A stretch of DNA of 63,962 nucleotides, filler included, from Olpidium bornovanus S191 (GCA_017911155.1; 34 parts of 34 records of this genome joined end to end with filler, not necessarily neighbours in it), one strand, 5' to 3'; numbered from the whole stretch's first letter, positions 23,514 to 36,490 are shown. Notes: a model not told the origin generated them from the letters alone. Program-made: numbers and translations.

Positions 23514-25226
23514 TTAAAACCTCTCCTTCATCCTGGCGGCCACGGTGCGCAGCTGGCCGAGGATCTTGCCTGCGGGGGAGCCGAGAATGAGGCTGCAGAG
23601 CGCGTCCTTGGCGACTTTGATGTTCGCGAACGAACCCAGAATGTGTATACGCTGGTCGGCAATGACGATGCGAGTGCGCGAGGCATTCTCGATCGTGAAT
23701 TTGGTCTTGCCGCCTTTGCCAGCCAGGCGGCCGATCGCCCGGCTGAGATGATCGCCTTGAAGTGTTTTGACTAAGTGACAATGGAGGAAAAGTAAGCAAA
23801 CGGAGACATGTTAAAGGCAGGGCGGACGCCAGGCGCGAACGGCTTTCAAAATCTCCGGAACGACCGTGAGCGCACAAAAAACAGAGGTAGGAAAACGAGC
23901 ATCTCCGTACCATCTTTGATATCAAAAGTGTCCATGTAAAGGTCGTCCAATCGAAGAAGAGCGAGGGCATCCTAAGAAGGGAGATACACCGGCGTCAAAC
24001 TCGCCGCATCTCTCCCGGGCTGGGGTGTGAGTGCGCACTGCATGTCTCGCGGACGGGGGAGGGCTGTACACTTACATCAATATCGAAGCCTAAAGTGAAC
24101 CTGGAAGTTTGATGAACAAAGAGTTAGTTGGAAGTCCCAGTGACATCAATTGAGGAAACGATCGGGCGACGCCCAGAGTTTACATCCAAACATACGCTTT
24201 TACAAAATCGGCGCCCTTCTGGAGATTTGCCACTTCGGTGGTGTGCTTGGAAAGCTAAAAACAGGACGCAAAAAGGATAAGTCGGAAGCGGACAGCACGA
24301 TTGTCGACGGCGCGCCAAAGTGGAGCCTAAAGTATCACCAGGCAAAACGAACCTTCAGCTCCACGCACTTCGACTTTGTGTTCATTCTCACCATGAGCCG
24401 AAGGTGCTCGACCAGAGGCGAAAATATCTTCATCCAGTTGTTTATCAGAGGGCGCATCCGGTGCGGTGGTACGGGAACCACCCGGGTCTCTGCCGTGTTC
24501 TAGCACGCGCACGGGACGCGCGGCGGCCGGCGGCGTGGACAGCGCGGGCAAAAATTCAGTGCACGTGCCGTCGGCGCGCACGACGACTTTCCCCACGGAT
24601 TAGCATAGGGGGCTCACGTTCATAAATGCGGACGCCTTCGCGGGTTTGAAGGAAGGCTTCGCCCCGGCTCCCCGGTCGACCTCCATCGCGTCGCCAGCGC
24701 GGACTGCAGTGGCTTTCCCGGCGTGGGCGGCAGTCCTCTTGGTCGACTTCGCCCTGGATTTACCGCCGAACATCACGGTTTCCGGCAACGGCTGACCAGT
24801 GCCGCTCATTTCCACCTCCGGCAGCTTCTTTGCGGCACGTGCCACACGGGTCCACTCGCCCCCGGCGGACGCCGCTCCCTCTTCGGTTCTGGTCGCGACC
24901 GCCATATCGACGTCGTCCCCGGTGCTCCCGGCCTTCGCTTTTCGTCGCTTCTGCCGCCGTTTCCCAGCGGCCGTACCAGAGTCGGGGGGGTTCTCGGCCG
25001 CCGGCGTCGGTTCTTCTCCGACGTCAACATCCGGCGCGTCGGCGGCGTCCCCCGCCTCCGCCGGCGCGCAGGCATCGTCTCCCATGTCAACGTCGTTCGC
25101 GCCGAGCAGCTCCGCCCTCGTCTCCCTGGCGGCGGCGGCTTTCCGCCTCCTCCGGCGCTTCTCGCGGACCTTCAGGGCGACGGCGCTTTGGGCGGGCTTT
25201 GCGGGCGCGGTGGCCGGAGCCGACAT
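23514..25226 (-). CDS. PNO1: Pre-40S biogenesis KH-domain protein Pno1/Dim2
   Basis: Spliced translation ...[26 protein letters not shown]..|..[10 protein letters not shown]|FTLGFDID|[12 protein letters not shown]..|[29 protein letters not shown]...RMKERF*; includes a 25-nt exon at 24076-24100. Confidence 0.97.
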
Positions 25227-25402
25227 GTCGTCGTCGTCGTCGTCCGGCTGGTCGTCGTCGTCCCGGGTTCCCTTGCCTGGCCGCCCGGAGAAGGGGGGGA
25301 GGAGAAAGGGGGGGAGGAGAAAGGGGGGGACCGGGGGGAAACGGGGAAACCCGGCCGAGCGCCGCGGGTGTCGCGCACCCTTGCCGTTTCTCCAAAACCA
25401 AA

Positions 25403-25442
<40 letters not shown>

Positions 25443-27189
25443 NNNNNNNNNNNNNNNNNNNNNNNNNNNNNNNNNNNNNNNNNNNNTTAATTAATTAANN
25501 NNNNNNNNNNNNNNNNNNNNNNNNNNNNNNNNNNNNNNNNNNCATGTGTTTTGGTATTTTTTTTCTTATATGTTTAAAATTGTGTTTGATAAGATTTTGG
25601 ACGAAACACGTATTTTTCGAGCTGATCTATTGCGGTATACACGATATGAGAGCACGTTTATTTTAGACACCCGTTTTGGAACACGTGTAAGGTTTTCCAG
25701 AGTAATATGTTGATGTTTTTGGATTTCCGGCTTAGAGGTAATTCAACAAGGATATAGTGTTTGAATTAGGACTTAAGAAAGAAAAAAAACAAGATGTGGT
25801 CGATTTTTGACATTGCGAAGGTCATAAAGAGTTTGTGTCTTCTGTTTGTGATCTTTAAGGGATTGGAGAGGGTGGTAAATAGGGTGATCGAGGTCGTTGA
25901 GTTGATCACAAACGTTCAGTTGACGCGCCTCCCCCCCCCTCCTCCTCTCCGCCTCGCGAAAAACCACGAAAAGACCCGGAGAAAAGTCACTTGGAAAAAC
26001 GCGTCTGGACGCGGTTGCGGATGTAGGAGAGGCCTGCACGGGCTGTACACGTAAGAGGCGGCAGAGAGTTCGGCGCGGTTGGTGGTTGGGTCGCCGCAAA
26101 GGAGGAGGAAAGAACCACGAGGCGGGGAGGGAGAGGAAAATCCGGTTACACGAGCTCGTGCTCGTCGTGATGGTGGTTGGGGAGGGGCCTTGGGGCCGCG
26201 AGAGTAAGAAATGTAATTTTTTCTATGTTTGCCGAGGCCCGGTTGGTGCACGTGCCACGTGTGTGTCACGTGAGCCGCATTCATAAAGATCGTGAAGTCC
26301 GAGTCATGTTTTATCACGAACCTCTTTCCTCCGTTGGTGAGGTCGAACGTCGCCCGCTCCTTTATTTCCCGGGAAGCGGGCGCTCAAAAACGGCACTTAC
26401 CCTTTGAAGACCTCGGCGAACGATCCCTTCCCTGGCCCCTCCTCGAGCCGGTTGAAACAAATAGATCACTGTTGAGATGCTCGCGGCAGCAGAGGGCTCA
26501 CCCTCACGCGGCCCACAAGTACCCACGCCTCCCTTTCCCCCCTCCTCAAAAAAAAAAACGATTTGCTAAGCACTCACCTGCGTTGCAGCTGGGGCCGGCC
26601 ACCGGCAACAACGGATATCTGATTTAATCGTGCCGATCACCGCCGAACTTAACTTCTTATAATTCTTTTGGTCGATCGCCCGCCATAAGCGCCTCCACGT
26701 TTTTCCGGCTGAAGGGTTTATTCTCTCCAATTGGCGTCTTCACGGCGATTGACTTTTTCTGTATGGAGGCCGCGCTTCGTGAGTAACTTCTCTCTCACGC
26801 GGAGTGCCGCCTCTTCCCAAGCGGGCAGGTCTCTCTCACTCTCCCGGCGGAGGCGGGGGAGCGTGCGGATGCGGAAAGGGAATTCGTCGCGCGGTTTCCC
26901 GGGCGTTTCGCGGGCGTGCGTCCCCCAGAGATATCCCGAGAGCTGCGCGCAGACTTGGTTATGTCCGGGCAAATTCCCGACCCTCGACATCACAAACTCG
27001 TGTAGAATCGCAAAACGCGGCGCAAAACCATTGTTCGGTAAAATGGCGGGCCAGCTTTTTCATTTTTTTTTGTCATATTGCCTCTCCTTGAGGGCTAACT
27101 ACCCCCCATATATCCCCAGAGGGAGCAGGATGACGACGGGAAACTCAGCAGGAAAATGCTGCCCGCCATCTCTCCACTCATTTCCCCTC

Positions 27190-27679
27190 GTTTCGAGACA
27201 GCATGGTCTTGCCTTACCGCCGCTACGTTGTTATCTATCATGAGCGGTGTGGCTGCTGGAGCTGTGCAAGGATCGACGCATGTGAGAATAGAACCGGAGC
27301 CATTTGATCTCCTGTGCCGTGGGAAATCCTGAGATGTACTCGACCTCGCATGAGGACGTAAGTATGTTACTGCAGAAGTAATGGTTGGAGGTGCGAGATA
27401 TCTTCGACGGTCGCACCTGTGAAGTCCTGTTACTGCGTACTACTTCTGGCGGGCCGACCGCCCGGACACAGGAACTTGGTTGTACATGATCACCATCCCA
27501 GTTGTCGAAGCTCGTGTTTTGCGGAGGCCGGGCCCAGTCCGCATCGGCAGAACGCGGTCATGTTTTCGTCCGGCCTTGACGATGAGGGACCTGGGACGTA
27601 AATTTCCCTGGTTGCTGGTACCGCGTAGGTATTGGAGCACACGTTTACAGCTCCCCAATGGTGATCTGCCGGAGCTGCC
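27190..27679 (-). mobile_element. Degraded Ty1/copia RT-RNase H fragment
   Basis: HWGAV/KRVLQYLRGT, DADWA, TRASTTGMVIMYN..VS.RS.RQK, SSCEVEY..AQEIKWLR and DNNVAA, spread over several frames. Confidence 0.85.
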
Positions 27680-27779
27680 NNNNNNNNNNNNNNNNNNNNN
27701 NNNNNNNNNNNNNNNNNNNNNNNTTAATTAATTAANNNNNNNNNNNNNNNNNNNNNNNNNNNNNNNNNNNNNNNNNNNN

Positions 27780-29012
27780 CATGGCGGCGGCGCTCCCGGA
27801 GGAGGCGCTGGTGCTCCGGCTCTGGGCGGCGGCGGCGCAGGGCCCGAAGGGGTAGCTGGAGGCGCAGGTCCCGGTGGGCCTGGTGAAGCAGGCGGACCAG
27901 GTGGCGCACCAGGGCCAGGCCCGGGAACGGCAGCAGGACCGCCGGCTGCCGGCGCTGGGGCGCCGTTTGATGGTTTCCCGTTCGCTCCAGCGGGCGGCGC
28001 ACCTCCTGGAGGTGACGGTCCGGGAGCAGGACCTGGAGCAGGACCTGGAGCAGGACCTGGAGCAGGACCGGCCGCAGGAGCAGGACCGTTTGACGGTTTC
28101 CCGTTTGCTCCGGCAGGCGGCGCACCGGAGAGCGGCCCGGGACCAGGACCGGGAGCGGGAGCAGCACCGGCGCCTGCCGGCGGTGAGTCACCATTTGACG
28201 GTCCAGCGGGCGGCGAACCGGGAAGTGCGCCAGGTCCCGGCATGGCCTGGCGCAGACGGTGGTTTCCCATTTGCTGACGGAGCCGGTCCGTTCGGTGCAG
28301 GCCCGGGAGCAGCCGGTGCCGGGCCGTTCGGTGCAGGCCCTGGGGCAGCCGAAGGCCCTGGAGCAGCCGGAGCCGGTCCGTTCGGTGCAGGCCCGGGAGC
28401 AGCCGGAGCCGGTCCGTTCGGTGCAGGCCCGGGAGCAGCCGGAGCCGGTCCGTTCGGTGCGGGCCCTGGAGCAGCCGAAGGCCCTGGAGCAGCCGGAGCC
28501 GGTCCGTTCGGTGCAGGCCCCGGAGCAGCCGAAACTGGTCCGTTCGGCGCAGGCCCAGGAGCAGCCGGAGCCGGAGCCGGCCCGTTCGGCGCAGGCCCTG
28601 CAGCAGCCGGAGCCGGCCCGTTCGGCGCAGGCCCTGCAGCAGCCGGAGCCGGCCCGTTCGGCGCAGGCCCTGGAGCAGCCGGAGCCGGCCCGTTCGGCGC
28701 AGACCCTGGAGCACCCGGAGCCGGCCCGTTCGGCGCAGGCCCGGGAGCAGCCGGTGGCCCTGGAGCAGCCGGAGTCGGTCCGTTCGGCGCGGGCCCGGGA
28801 GCAGCAGGAGCCGGTCCGTTCGGCGCGGGCCCTGGAGCAGCCGGAGCCGGTCCGTTCGGCGCGGGCTCTGGAGCAGGCGGACCCGGTGGGGCGGGCGCAC
28901 CTGCCGCATTCGGTCCCTTTGGCGCTCCGGCATTTTGAGGCGGCGCTGTCCCGGCTGATTCTGGAGCCGGCGCCGGCTCCCCTTTCCCCAAATGAGAAAG
29001 TTCATTGGGCAC
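27780..29012 (-). CDS. Pro/Ala/Gly-rich repetitive protein (APAAPGPAPNGP repeats); one frameshift near 28241; 3' end truncated
   Basis: ORF 29012-28188 continues after a one-base shift in the frame running to the contig end. The Pro/Ala bias extends past the stop of the antisense ORF. Confidence 0.65.
28280..28870. repeat. Coding tandem repeat with a 36-bp (12-aa) unit
   Basis: ggagccgg(t/c)ccgttcgg(t/c)gc(a/g)ggcc(c/t)(g/t)ggagcagcc repeated more than 12 times, with occasional 18-bp inserts. Confidence 0.92.
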
Positions 29013-29287
29013 AACATATTTGTATTTCGGATTAACTTATGTAGCTGGTTTGAGAACATGGTTGCATTCGACAGGGAGGAGAAATAAGGGGAGGAGGGAT
29101 TTTGGAGATTGGTCGCGCTGCATTTCGCCTGTTTACGGCAGAGTTTCCAGGAACAGGCTTCCAGCAAAGGTTTGAGANNNNNNNNNNNNNNNNNNNNNNN
29201 NNNNNNNNNNNNNNNNNNNNNTTAATTAATTAANNNNNNNNNNNNNNNNNNNNNNNNNNNNNNNNNNNNNNNNNNNNCGCCCCCGCG

Positions 29288-29362
<75 letters not shown>

Positions 29363-29397
29363 GGCGGGCCCGCGAGAAGCGGATAATATCTCAATAT

Positions 29398-31034
29398 CTC
29401 ACACCGTGATCTGAACTGCTTCCGCCCCTTCTCCGGGCCCGTACAGCAGGCGAATGACGCGATTCGTCAACGAGAGCGACGCTGCGTTCCACTGACGAAT
29501 GACCGGAGCTCGGTGCGTCCAGCTCGCGAAGCACGCCTGCATAGAACGTCGCAATCTTAGCTTCAGGCATCGACCGTTTCGTGGCTTGCGGCCCACTTCA
29601 CCCCTTTTACCCTACCCACCCACCCCCCACCCCCCGGCAGACACACACACACATACACACACACACCACACACACTGCCGACAGAATCTACCTTCAACTG
29701 TTCCCACATGGTCACATCGCTGGTCTGCGACCTCAGCCAGATCTCAAAGAGGGCACGGAGGAGGTGCTCGCAGAGGTCCTCGGCCATTTTCGCAGAGCCA
29801 TCCGGAGAACCGACCTCCGCGGGGCCGCATCCCCTCAACAGCCCGTCCACCGATCCGAGCAGGCACTTGAGCAGGACGGTCCAGGTCTCTTCGGTGAACC
29901 CGAGACGTGGGCACCTGGACGCGGCCGTCAGCACCTTGAGGATGCTCTTGCAGAGGTCGATGTGGCCGGCGAGCGGCCCCTGCGGTTGCTCCGCCGGCGC
30001 TTCCGGCGCGGCGGCCGACCCCGCGGGCCCGGCAGCGTTGGCGGCGTTGACGCAGCCGAGTTTCACGTCGTCGAGGGCGGTAAGCGCCGCAGCGAACGCC
30101 GGCGCGCCGGCCGGGCCGGCCGCGGGCGGTGCGGCCTGGTTCGACCGGGCGGCGGAGTTCCTCGGGGCAAACAGGAGCGACAGGTGCTTGAAGATAATCT
30201 ATCTGACCCCAAAAATATATATATATATATAAATATATAAGAAAAAAAAATTGTGGGAGGGTGTCGCCGGAATTCCGAATTTTTTTCATGCCGACCGAGG
30301 CTCCCTTCCCACCCCGTCTTCCCCGCCGACCCCGCACGCACCTGATAAAACGACTGATGCTGCAGTCCCTCCTCCACTACTCCCGCCGGCCTGGCGGAGC
30401 TGTCGAGCAGCCACCGCGCATACACGGCGGCCGACTGCGCCGCGAGCGGCCAGTCCTCCGCCGGGAGGGACAGGCCCGCGCCGACGACCTCCATGACCCA
30501 TCTCACGTGATACTGCGACCGCAGTTCGACGCCCGCGGGCGCTCCGCCGTTCGTCGGACTTTGGGCCGCCGCGGCTGCCGCGCCGCCGCCCCCGCCGGAC
30601 CCACCCGGCGCGGGCGCCGGGGCGGCGGCCGACGGCAGCAGGGTCGGCAAGATCGCCGAGATGAGTGACCTGCGGACCGGGTACGGGAACGCCGCGAGGA
30701 TGTTTGATTCTGCGATGAGGGGGGGGGTGGGGGGGAACGGGGGAGGGGGAACGTTTCGTCCCGCGGTTTTTTTTTTCGGCGATCGTTTGCGGAGTTAATC
30801 CCATTTCCAACGTGATTCCAACGCGTCGGGGCGCCGTAGTTTCTTCGGACACAGCGCGGACCGGAAATCGGGCACCCCGCGCAACGTTCCCCTCGCCGCC
30901 CTCTGCCGCCGGATCTGGTGGGGCGGGACCTCCTCCCCAATCCCCCCACCCCTCTTTCCAAAAACTGGTCGCCGCGGGACCCGCTCTCGAACGTGTATCG
31001 CCGTCCGCCTCGCGAGGCCTAACCTGGATCATGC
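29398..31034 (-). CDS. RALGAPB: Ral GTPase-activating protein subunit beta, N-terminal part
   Basis: HVRWVMEVVGAGLSLP, IIFKHLSLLFAPR, HIDLCKSILKVL, EETWTVLLKCLL, AEDLCEHLLRALFEIWL and FASWTHRAPVIRQW...LTNRVIRLLYGP are collinear with the human RALGAPB N-terminus as recalled. Confidence 0.9.
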
Positions 31035-31886
31035 NNNNNNNNNNNNNNNNNNNNNNNNNNNNNNNNNNNNNNNNNNNNTTAATTAATTAANNNNNNNNNN
31101 NNNNNNNNNNNNNNNNNNNNNNNNNNNNNNNNNNCATGCATTTCGCCGACCAATAAATTTCCTGGTGTGCGCGTAAGCGTCGAAAAAAGACTCCGCAGTT
31201 TCCAAGTCGGCAAACTCGTCTCCGACCGCAGTTTTCAGAAAATTATCTGCGAGAACCAGCGGTTAATACCCTACTACTGCTTTCTTGGCAACTGCAAAAC
31301 CGCGTACCAAACCCTCAGCAGAAGTCTCCACGACTCCGATATCATTTCGTAGCCGAGCACCTGTACCAAATTGGGGCGTGTTGCTACCGTAACTTGCGAG
31401 ATCTCGGATATTCACCTACCGTCCGGAGTTTCGGGCGATGTTCGAAACCTGCGTTGCCCGCCCTTCCGACATCGCCAACGTTACCCCCGGCTCTGCAGGC
31501 GCATGATCCTCCGCCACCGAAACAGCGTGCGTAGTCGGGCAAGCAAAGATCTTTGCCGCACGGCACGATCTTTGTTGGCTTCTCCCTTGCATCGTCGTTG
31601 TCCGTTCGTGTCCCTGTCGTCCACCACCCCGTAGGTTCCATGCTCTCGTGGCTACCCTGCCTAACGCGTTAGATTTTGCATATATCAGATAACCGCAGAT
31701 TTAGCCGCGGCGACAAGGATCGGCGGGAGGGTCTGAGTTCGAGGGGGGAATTTTTTGGGGGGTGTTGCGTTTGCTTGCACATTGACCGAGCTTGTCACGT
31801 GACTCGGTTGAGGCTATCCGACCCCAACACAGGCCACATGGTGTAACATTCCGGCCGCCGCCGCCAACACTCGACGTTTCGACGAA

Positions 31887-33158
31887 ATGACGCAGAAGGA
31901 CACGCCACGGAAGCCGGTTCTGGCCATCGAGGGCCCCGCCTTCTCCGGCGCGGATCTAGTGCGGCCTGCCCCGGGACACACCGCGGCGGCCCACGAAGGT
32001 TTCCGCATCAACGGGAAGAGGCTGTACACGTCGTGGCAGGGTGACGACACCGCAGCAGCGGTGGTTGGGGACGGGGACCACGCGGTCCAGACGGCAACGT
32101 CAACCTGGGACTGCGTGGGTCCGCGAGAGTGCGTCCGCACCTTTGTTTTTTTGGGGGTTTTTTTTTTGGGGGGGGGGCCGCCCTAGCACACCGGCATTCG
32201 GAACATCCCGACCCCCGCCGCAAAAATCGACAGTCGGAAATTCAAAGGGCCGGGGTGCGGACGAAAGGCTCTTTTGACCTTTTTTTGTTGTTGTTATTAT
32301 CGTTCTTGTGGTGGTGTTTTTGGCCCTACGACGCATACACAGAGCATCATCCTCGCCAAGTACCTCGAACGCAACTCCGAGCTGCTAGGCCTCGCTAACT
32401 CACGCGTCGTTGAGTTGGTCAGTCGTCCGCGTTTTGCAGCCCAAAAAAACAAAAACAAAAGAAAGGAGACGGTGAAGACGAACGATCGCCTAACGATACA
32501 TTTCTACTATCTATTGTGGCAGGGTGCCGGTCGCGGCCTCGCCGGGATGTCCGCGGCCGTGTTGGGCGCGCGTGTGACGCTCACAGATGCGCCGGTGGCT
32601 GTCGACGCGCTTCGGTGGTCTGTGCAGGTCGTGAACCAGTTTCTCATTGGGAAAGCCCTGGCCGGGGGTGGCGGCGCGGTCGAGAATGTTTCCCCACTTG
32701 ACTGGACGGATAGGTCGGACGAGCTGCCCTGATCCTGGATTTCTGGAGCCATGCCTGATCCGGCTGACTGACCGGTTTGGACGGGCACGCATCCGTTAAC
32801 TGTAGGGAGAGGTACCTTCCGGCTCTCCTCTCTAACCCGCTTCAGTTCGACCTCGTCATTGGCGCCGACATCGTCTGGTTGGATTGGCTGGTCGAGCCGT
32901 TGGTGGCGACTATCGACGGTGAGATGCCTTTTTGCGCTGTTGACCGCGACGCCTGCCGCACCGGCTGAACCAAAGCCGGCCTTCTGGCGCCTGCATAATT
33001 ACCTCCGCAGCCATCCTCTCGGCGAAACCCTCAGCCTCATGCATCCTCACGCACCAGTCGCGGTCGACGCGGACCGACGAGATTCTGTGGTCGGAGCTGA
33101 AAAGCAGGGGCATCTCGGCGCATATGGCAGAGGGAGGCTTGGATCCGCGGTGGTGGAA
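31887..33158 (+). CDS. METTL21-like (Methyltransf_16) protein-lysine methyltransferase, 3' end truncated
   Basis: TWDC|SIILAKYLE...RVVEL|GAGRGLAG...VTLTD...LDW..FDLVIGADIVW...LVATID across GT-AG introns. Confidence 0.9.
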
Positions 33159-34322
33159 NNNNNNNNNNNNNNNNNNNNNNNNNNNNNNNNNNNNNNNNNN
33201 NNTTAATTAATTAANNNNNNNNNNNNNNNNNNNNNNNNNNNNNNNNNNNNNNNNNNNNCATGGTCGTCTACAAAACTATATAAACGGAATTGTGTACCTT
33301 TGGCGTGTGAAGGCTCTCGGGCGGTTTCTCGTTTAGGTGTTCCTTTTTGCGCATGCAGATCCGATCACGAAATTTCGTGAATTTCAACCAATCCGACGGC
33401 TTTGTGAAAATGTCGGCTGGGTTGTCTACCGACGGGACTCTCCTGATCTCGATAGGCCCCTTCAGCCACGCTACACCTCATGTGGGGATACACCTGATGT
33501 CAATGTGCTTCGATCACCTGGAGACCTTGGCGTCACCGGCCGATTCGGCTGCACCGTTGGTATCGATTTAGAGCACAGTTGCCTCTTGCGTCGGGGATGG
33601 GGTCCAGCTCGGCCCGGATCGGTCGCAGCCGTTTGACTTCTTGAGCGGCTGGCGGATCCCGCAACGAATTCCGCCTCACATGATGATGCAGCGACAGCAG
33701 CTCTGGCGGGCTTGGCCTCCAGGATATTCGTCCCGTTCGGTACGTGATGATTAGACCGCTCGTCGATGCCCCCTCGTCCAACGACAGCCTGCCCCTTCTG
33801 CATCACAAAATGCAGTCGTTTCGATCCCAACCCTCCTCCAGCGAAGCAAAATGCCGAAGTCCACGGTTGTCCTTAGGTATCGTAAAACCCGCTTGACGGG
33901 CGATCTGGCGGCGGTCGGTCGGTGAAGACAACGAAACGCGCCAGGGTCGACGATCCTTTGCGAGCGAACGGGACAGTTTGGGACAGGTTAAACGGCGCGC
34001 GAAACGGCGGAGAGCTCCCGAGTTCCGCGAGGTGTCCTCGCGGCGCCGCGGCCCTTTTGGCGCAATCTGCCTCTCTGTGTCCGCGGGGGTTTTCAAAGTC
34101 CCCCGAGCGGCGACTCGGCTCCTTCCAAGGTCTGCCTCTCCATCTGTCCGCCTCCGTGGTTAGCCTGTGCGGTGGGCGTCGTACTCCCTTCCGCTTCCGC
34201 GGTCGGTTCTTCTTTGAGCCTGCGGGGCTCACAACCTGCAGGATTCGGGGAGTTCGTCGACTGCCGCCCATCGGTTTCTGGCCTCGAGGACAGGCCGGCT
34301 CCATTTTAAGGTTTCTCGTTTT

Positions 34323-34362
<40 letters not shown>

Positions 34363-34504
34363 CTTTTTTTTTTTTTTTTTCTCTCCCCCCCCTCTCCCNN
34401 NNNNNNNNNNNNNNNNNNNNNNNNNNNNNNNNNNNNNNNNNNTTAATTAATTAANNNNNNNNNNNNNNNNNNNNNNNNNNNNNNNNNNNNNNNNNNNNCG
34501 CTGA

Positions 34505-34790
34505 GCGGGGCGTGCCGGGCATGGGCGCACCGGGCATGGGCGCGCCGGGCATGTGCGCGCCGTGTGGGGCGCTCCAGGCGGGGCGTGCCGGGCATGGGCG
34601 CGCCGGGCATGTGCGCGCCATGTGGGGTTCCGCGCGGAGACAGTTTCATGGGGGAACAGTTCCCCATGCGGGTATCGAGCGTGCGGCCCGCCCTTGCATG
34701 GGTCCGCAGAGCGTGCGGCCCTCCTGCGTGGGCGGGCCGAGTGTGCGGGCCCCCCGGCGTGGGCTGGCCCCCCGGCGTAGGCTGGCCCAT
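34505..34790. repeat. GC-rich tandem repeat with a 15-bp unit (gggcatgggcgcgcc) and a higher-order duplication
   Basis: The unit and its variants are repeated at 34510-34625, followed by degenerate ggcgtgggctggccccc units. Confidence 0.75.
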
Positions 34791-34998
34791 GTGGGTTATG
34801 TGACCGGGGCGGGGGCCACACCGCGGGGTAGTCGCACCTTGGTGTGTCTAGTGGCCAGGCACGTGACTAGAGCAGCCTGCAGGCGTGCGCCTGTGACACC
34901 CCCCACTTTCTGGCACAGGAAGTATCGAGGTCAAATTATCTGACAGGGCGGGGAGCGCGCGGCCAGCGCGCCCGTCAATTTTTTTGTTGGTTTTTTTT

Positions 34999-35032
<34 letters not shown>

Positions 35033-35242
35033 TCGGCGGGAGTCGCTCGCTTTCTGGAACCTCTCGGGGGAAAGCGCCCGCGGAATGAGACAAAAAAAAA
35101 AAAACACAAAAACAAAATGATAACAAGGAAATCAAGCTGCCCGCGAACATAGCGAACAGCGATGTTGGCTATGCGCGTTTCGGGTTTGCGCAGCCCCGGG
35201 CGAGCTGACCTTGCCGTGTTCTTCGTTCTCCAACGGAGACAG

Positions 35243-35910
35243 GATGCACTCTGCCGAGGTTATGGTCGTTCGTCGACGCCTTTTACCGCTCCCGTCTGCC
35301 GACGTGCCACCCGGTCCCAGCTACCCACGGCGTCCCCTCCGCCTCGGCGCAGGCGGCCTCGCCGTTGCAGCCTGCGGCAGGAATTCCCACAAATCTCGAT
35401 GACGCATTGAAGAGCTTCTTGTGGAAACTGCTCTTGCATCAGGAGGACATCATTGTCGACATAAAACCAGACAGTGAGTGGGAAGGGTTCACCGCCAGGA
35501 ACCCTCCGAGGAAGCAAAGCGAGGTGCGGCCCAGAGTTTGTTCTCCGTAGTGGCGGGCGCGTTTCGAATTTTTCCCTCCTTACGGACTTCATTTTTTTTT
35601 TTTTGCAGGAAGATAAGCGGCGAACGGCGGGCAAAACGAAAAGAGCCTTGGCGACGCCACCCTCGGTGCTCGAAGAGCAATATGGCACGACACTGCGGAT
35701 CCTATGTTCGGACCGCGCTCAGCAGGCCGCCCTTCTCGGCGGTGAAGTCGACAAAAAGTCGGTTCCCAGCGACGTCTCCATGCTGGTTCTGTCAACGATC
35801 GCGAGAACGCGAAACACTGGCATAACTACGGCTCGGCTCTGCAAAGACCTCCTGGTCGATCCACGCAACGTGTTCCCGGTAACGAACCGCCTCATCGAAA
35901 AAAACCTTAT
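35243..35910 (+). CDS. TFC3: TFIIIC largest subunit (Tfc3/Sfc3/GTF3C1), N-terminal exons with the B-block binding domain
   Basis: GCTLPRLWSFV...LDDALKSFLWKLL; LSTIARTRNTGITTARLCKDLLVDPRNVFPVTNRLIEKNL. Confidence 0.8.
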
Positions 35911-36067
35911 GTGAGCACGCCAACTTCCTTAATTCTTATCCTCGCCTCGCGTCTGGCGGTTCATGCCNNNNNNNNNNNNNNNNNNNNNNNNNNNNNNNNN
36001 NNNNNNNNNNNTTAATTAATTAANNNNNNNNNNNNNNNNNNNNNNNNNNNNNNNNNNNNNNNNNNNN

Positions 36068-36490
36068 CATGGAGATTCCAGATTTGGCCCTACACAGATA
36101 CGTTGTATCTGACTGGGCATCCGACGCCAATGTCCGATGATCATACGCTGGCTACGTGTTCCGTTGTACGCTGAAAGTTGGTCTTCACAGCGCAGTATCA
36201 CGCTCAACACCGCAGTGGCCAAGATACTTGCCGCCTTTGAGGCTGCACGCGACGCGGTTTTGATCTTTACAATCGTCAAAAAACTGGTGTAATTGCATCC
36301 AACGACAAGATCCCGCTTTTTATTGATAACTCGGCCGCAAAACTACTTGCAGAAGGCGCCATTGGCTCCGCCAGGAGCAAGCATATCGACGCGCGCCGCC
36401 AATTCGTTTGCCAAGCAATTGTCGACGGGACCATCGAGTTGCGCTGCGTACTAACTACACATAACACAACCGATGGACTCACTTTTTGAT
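36068..36490 (+). mobile_element. Degraded Ty1/copia RNase H fragment
   Basis: SDWASD...YAGYVF; IPLFIDNSAAKLLAEG...RSKHIDARRQFV.Q.IVDGTIEL..V.T..NTTDGLT, with stops and frameshifts. Confidence 0.88.

Noticed and set aside
27874-28938. Spider-silk-like protein on the + strand as the primary gene
   Set aside because: The Pro/Ala-coding pattern continues on the minus strand beyond both ends of this ORF; it is kept only as a dual-frame curiosity.
33259-34398. Possible coding or transposon sequence
   Set aside because: No frame gives recognisable motifs or consistent splice signals.
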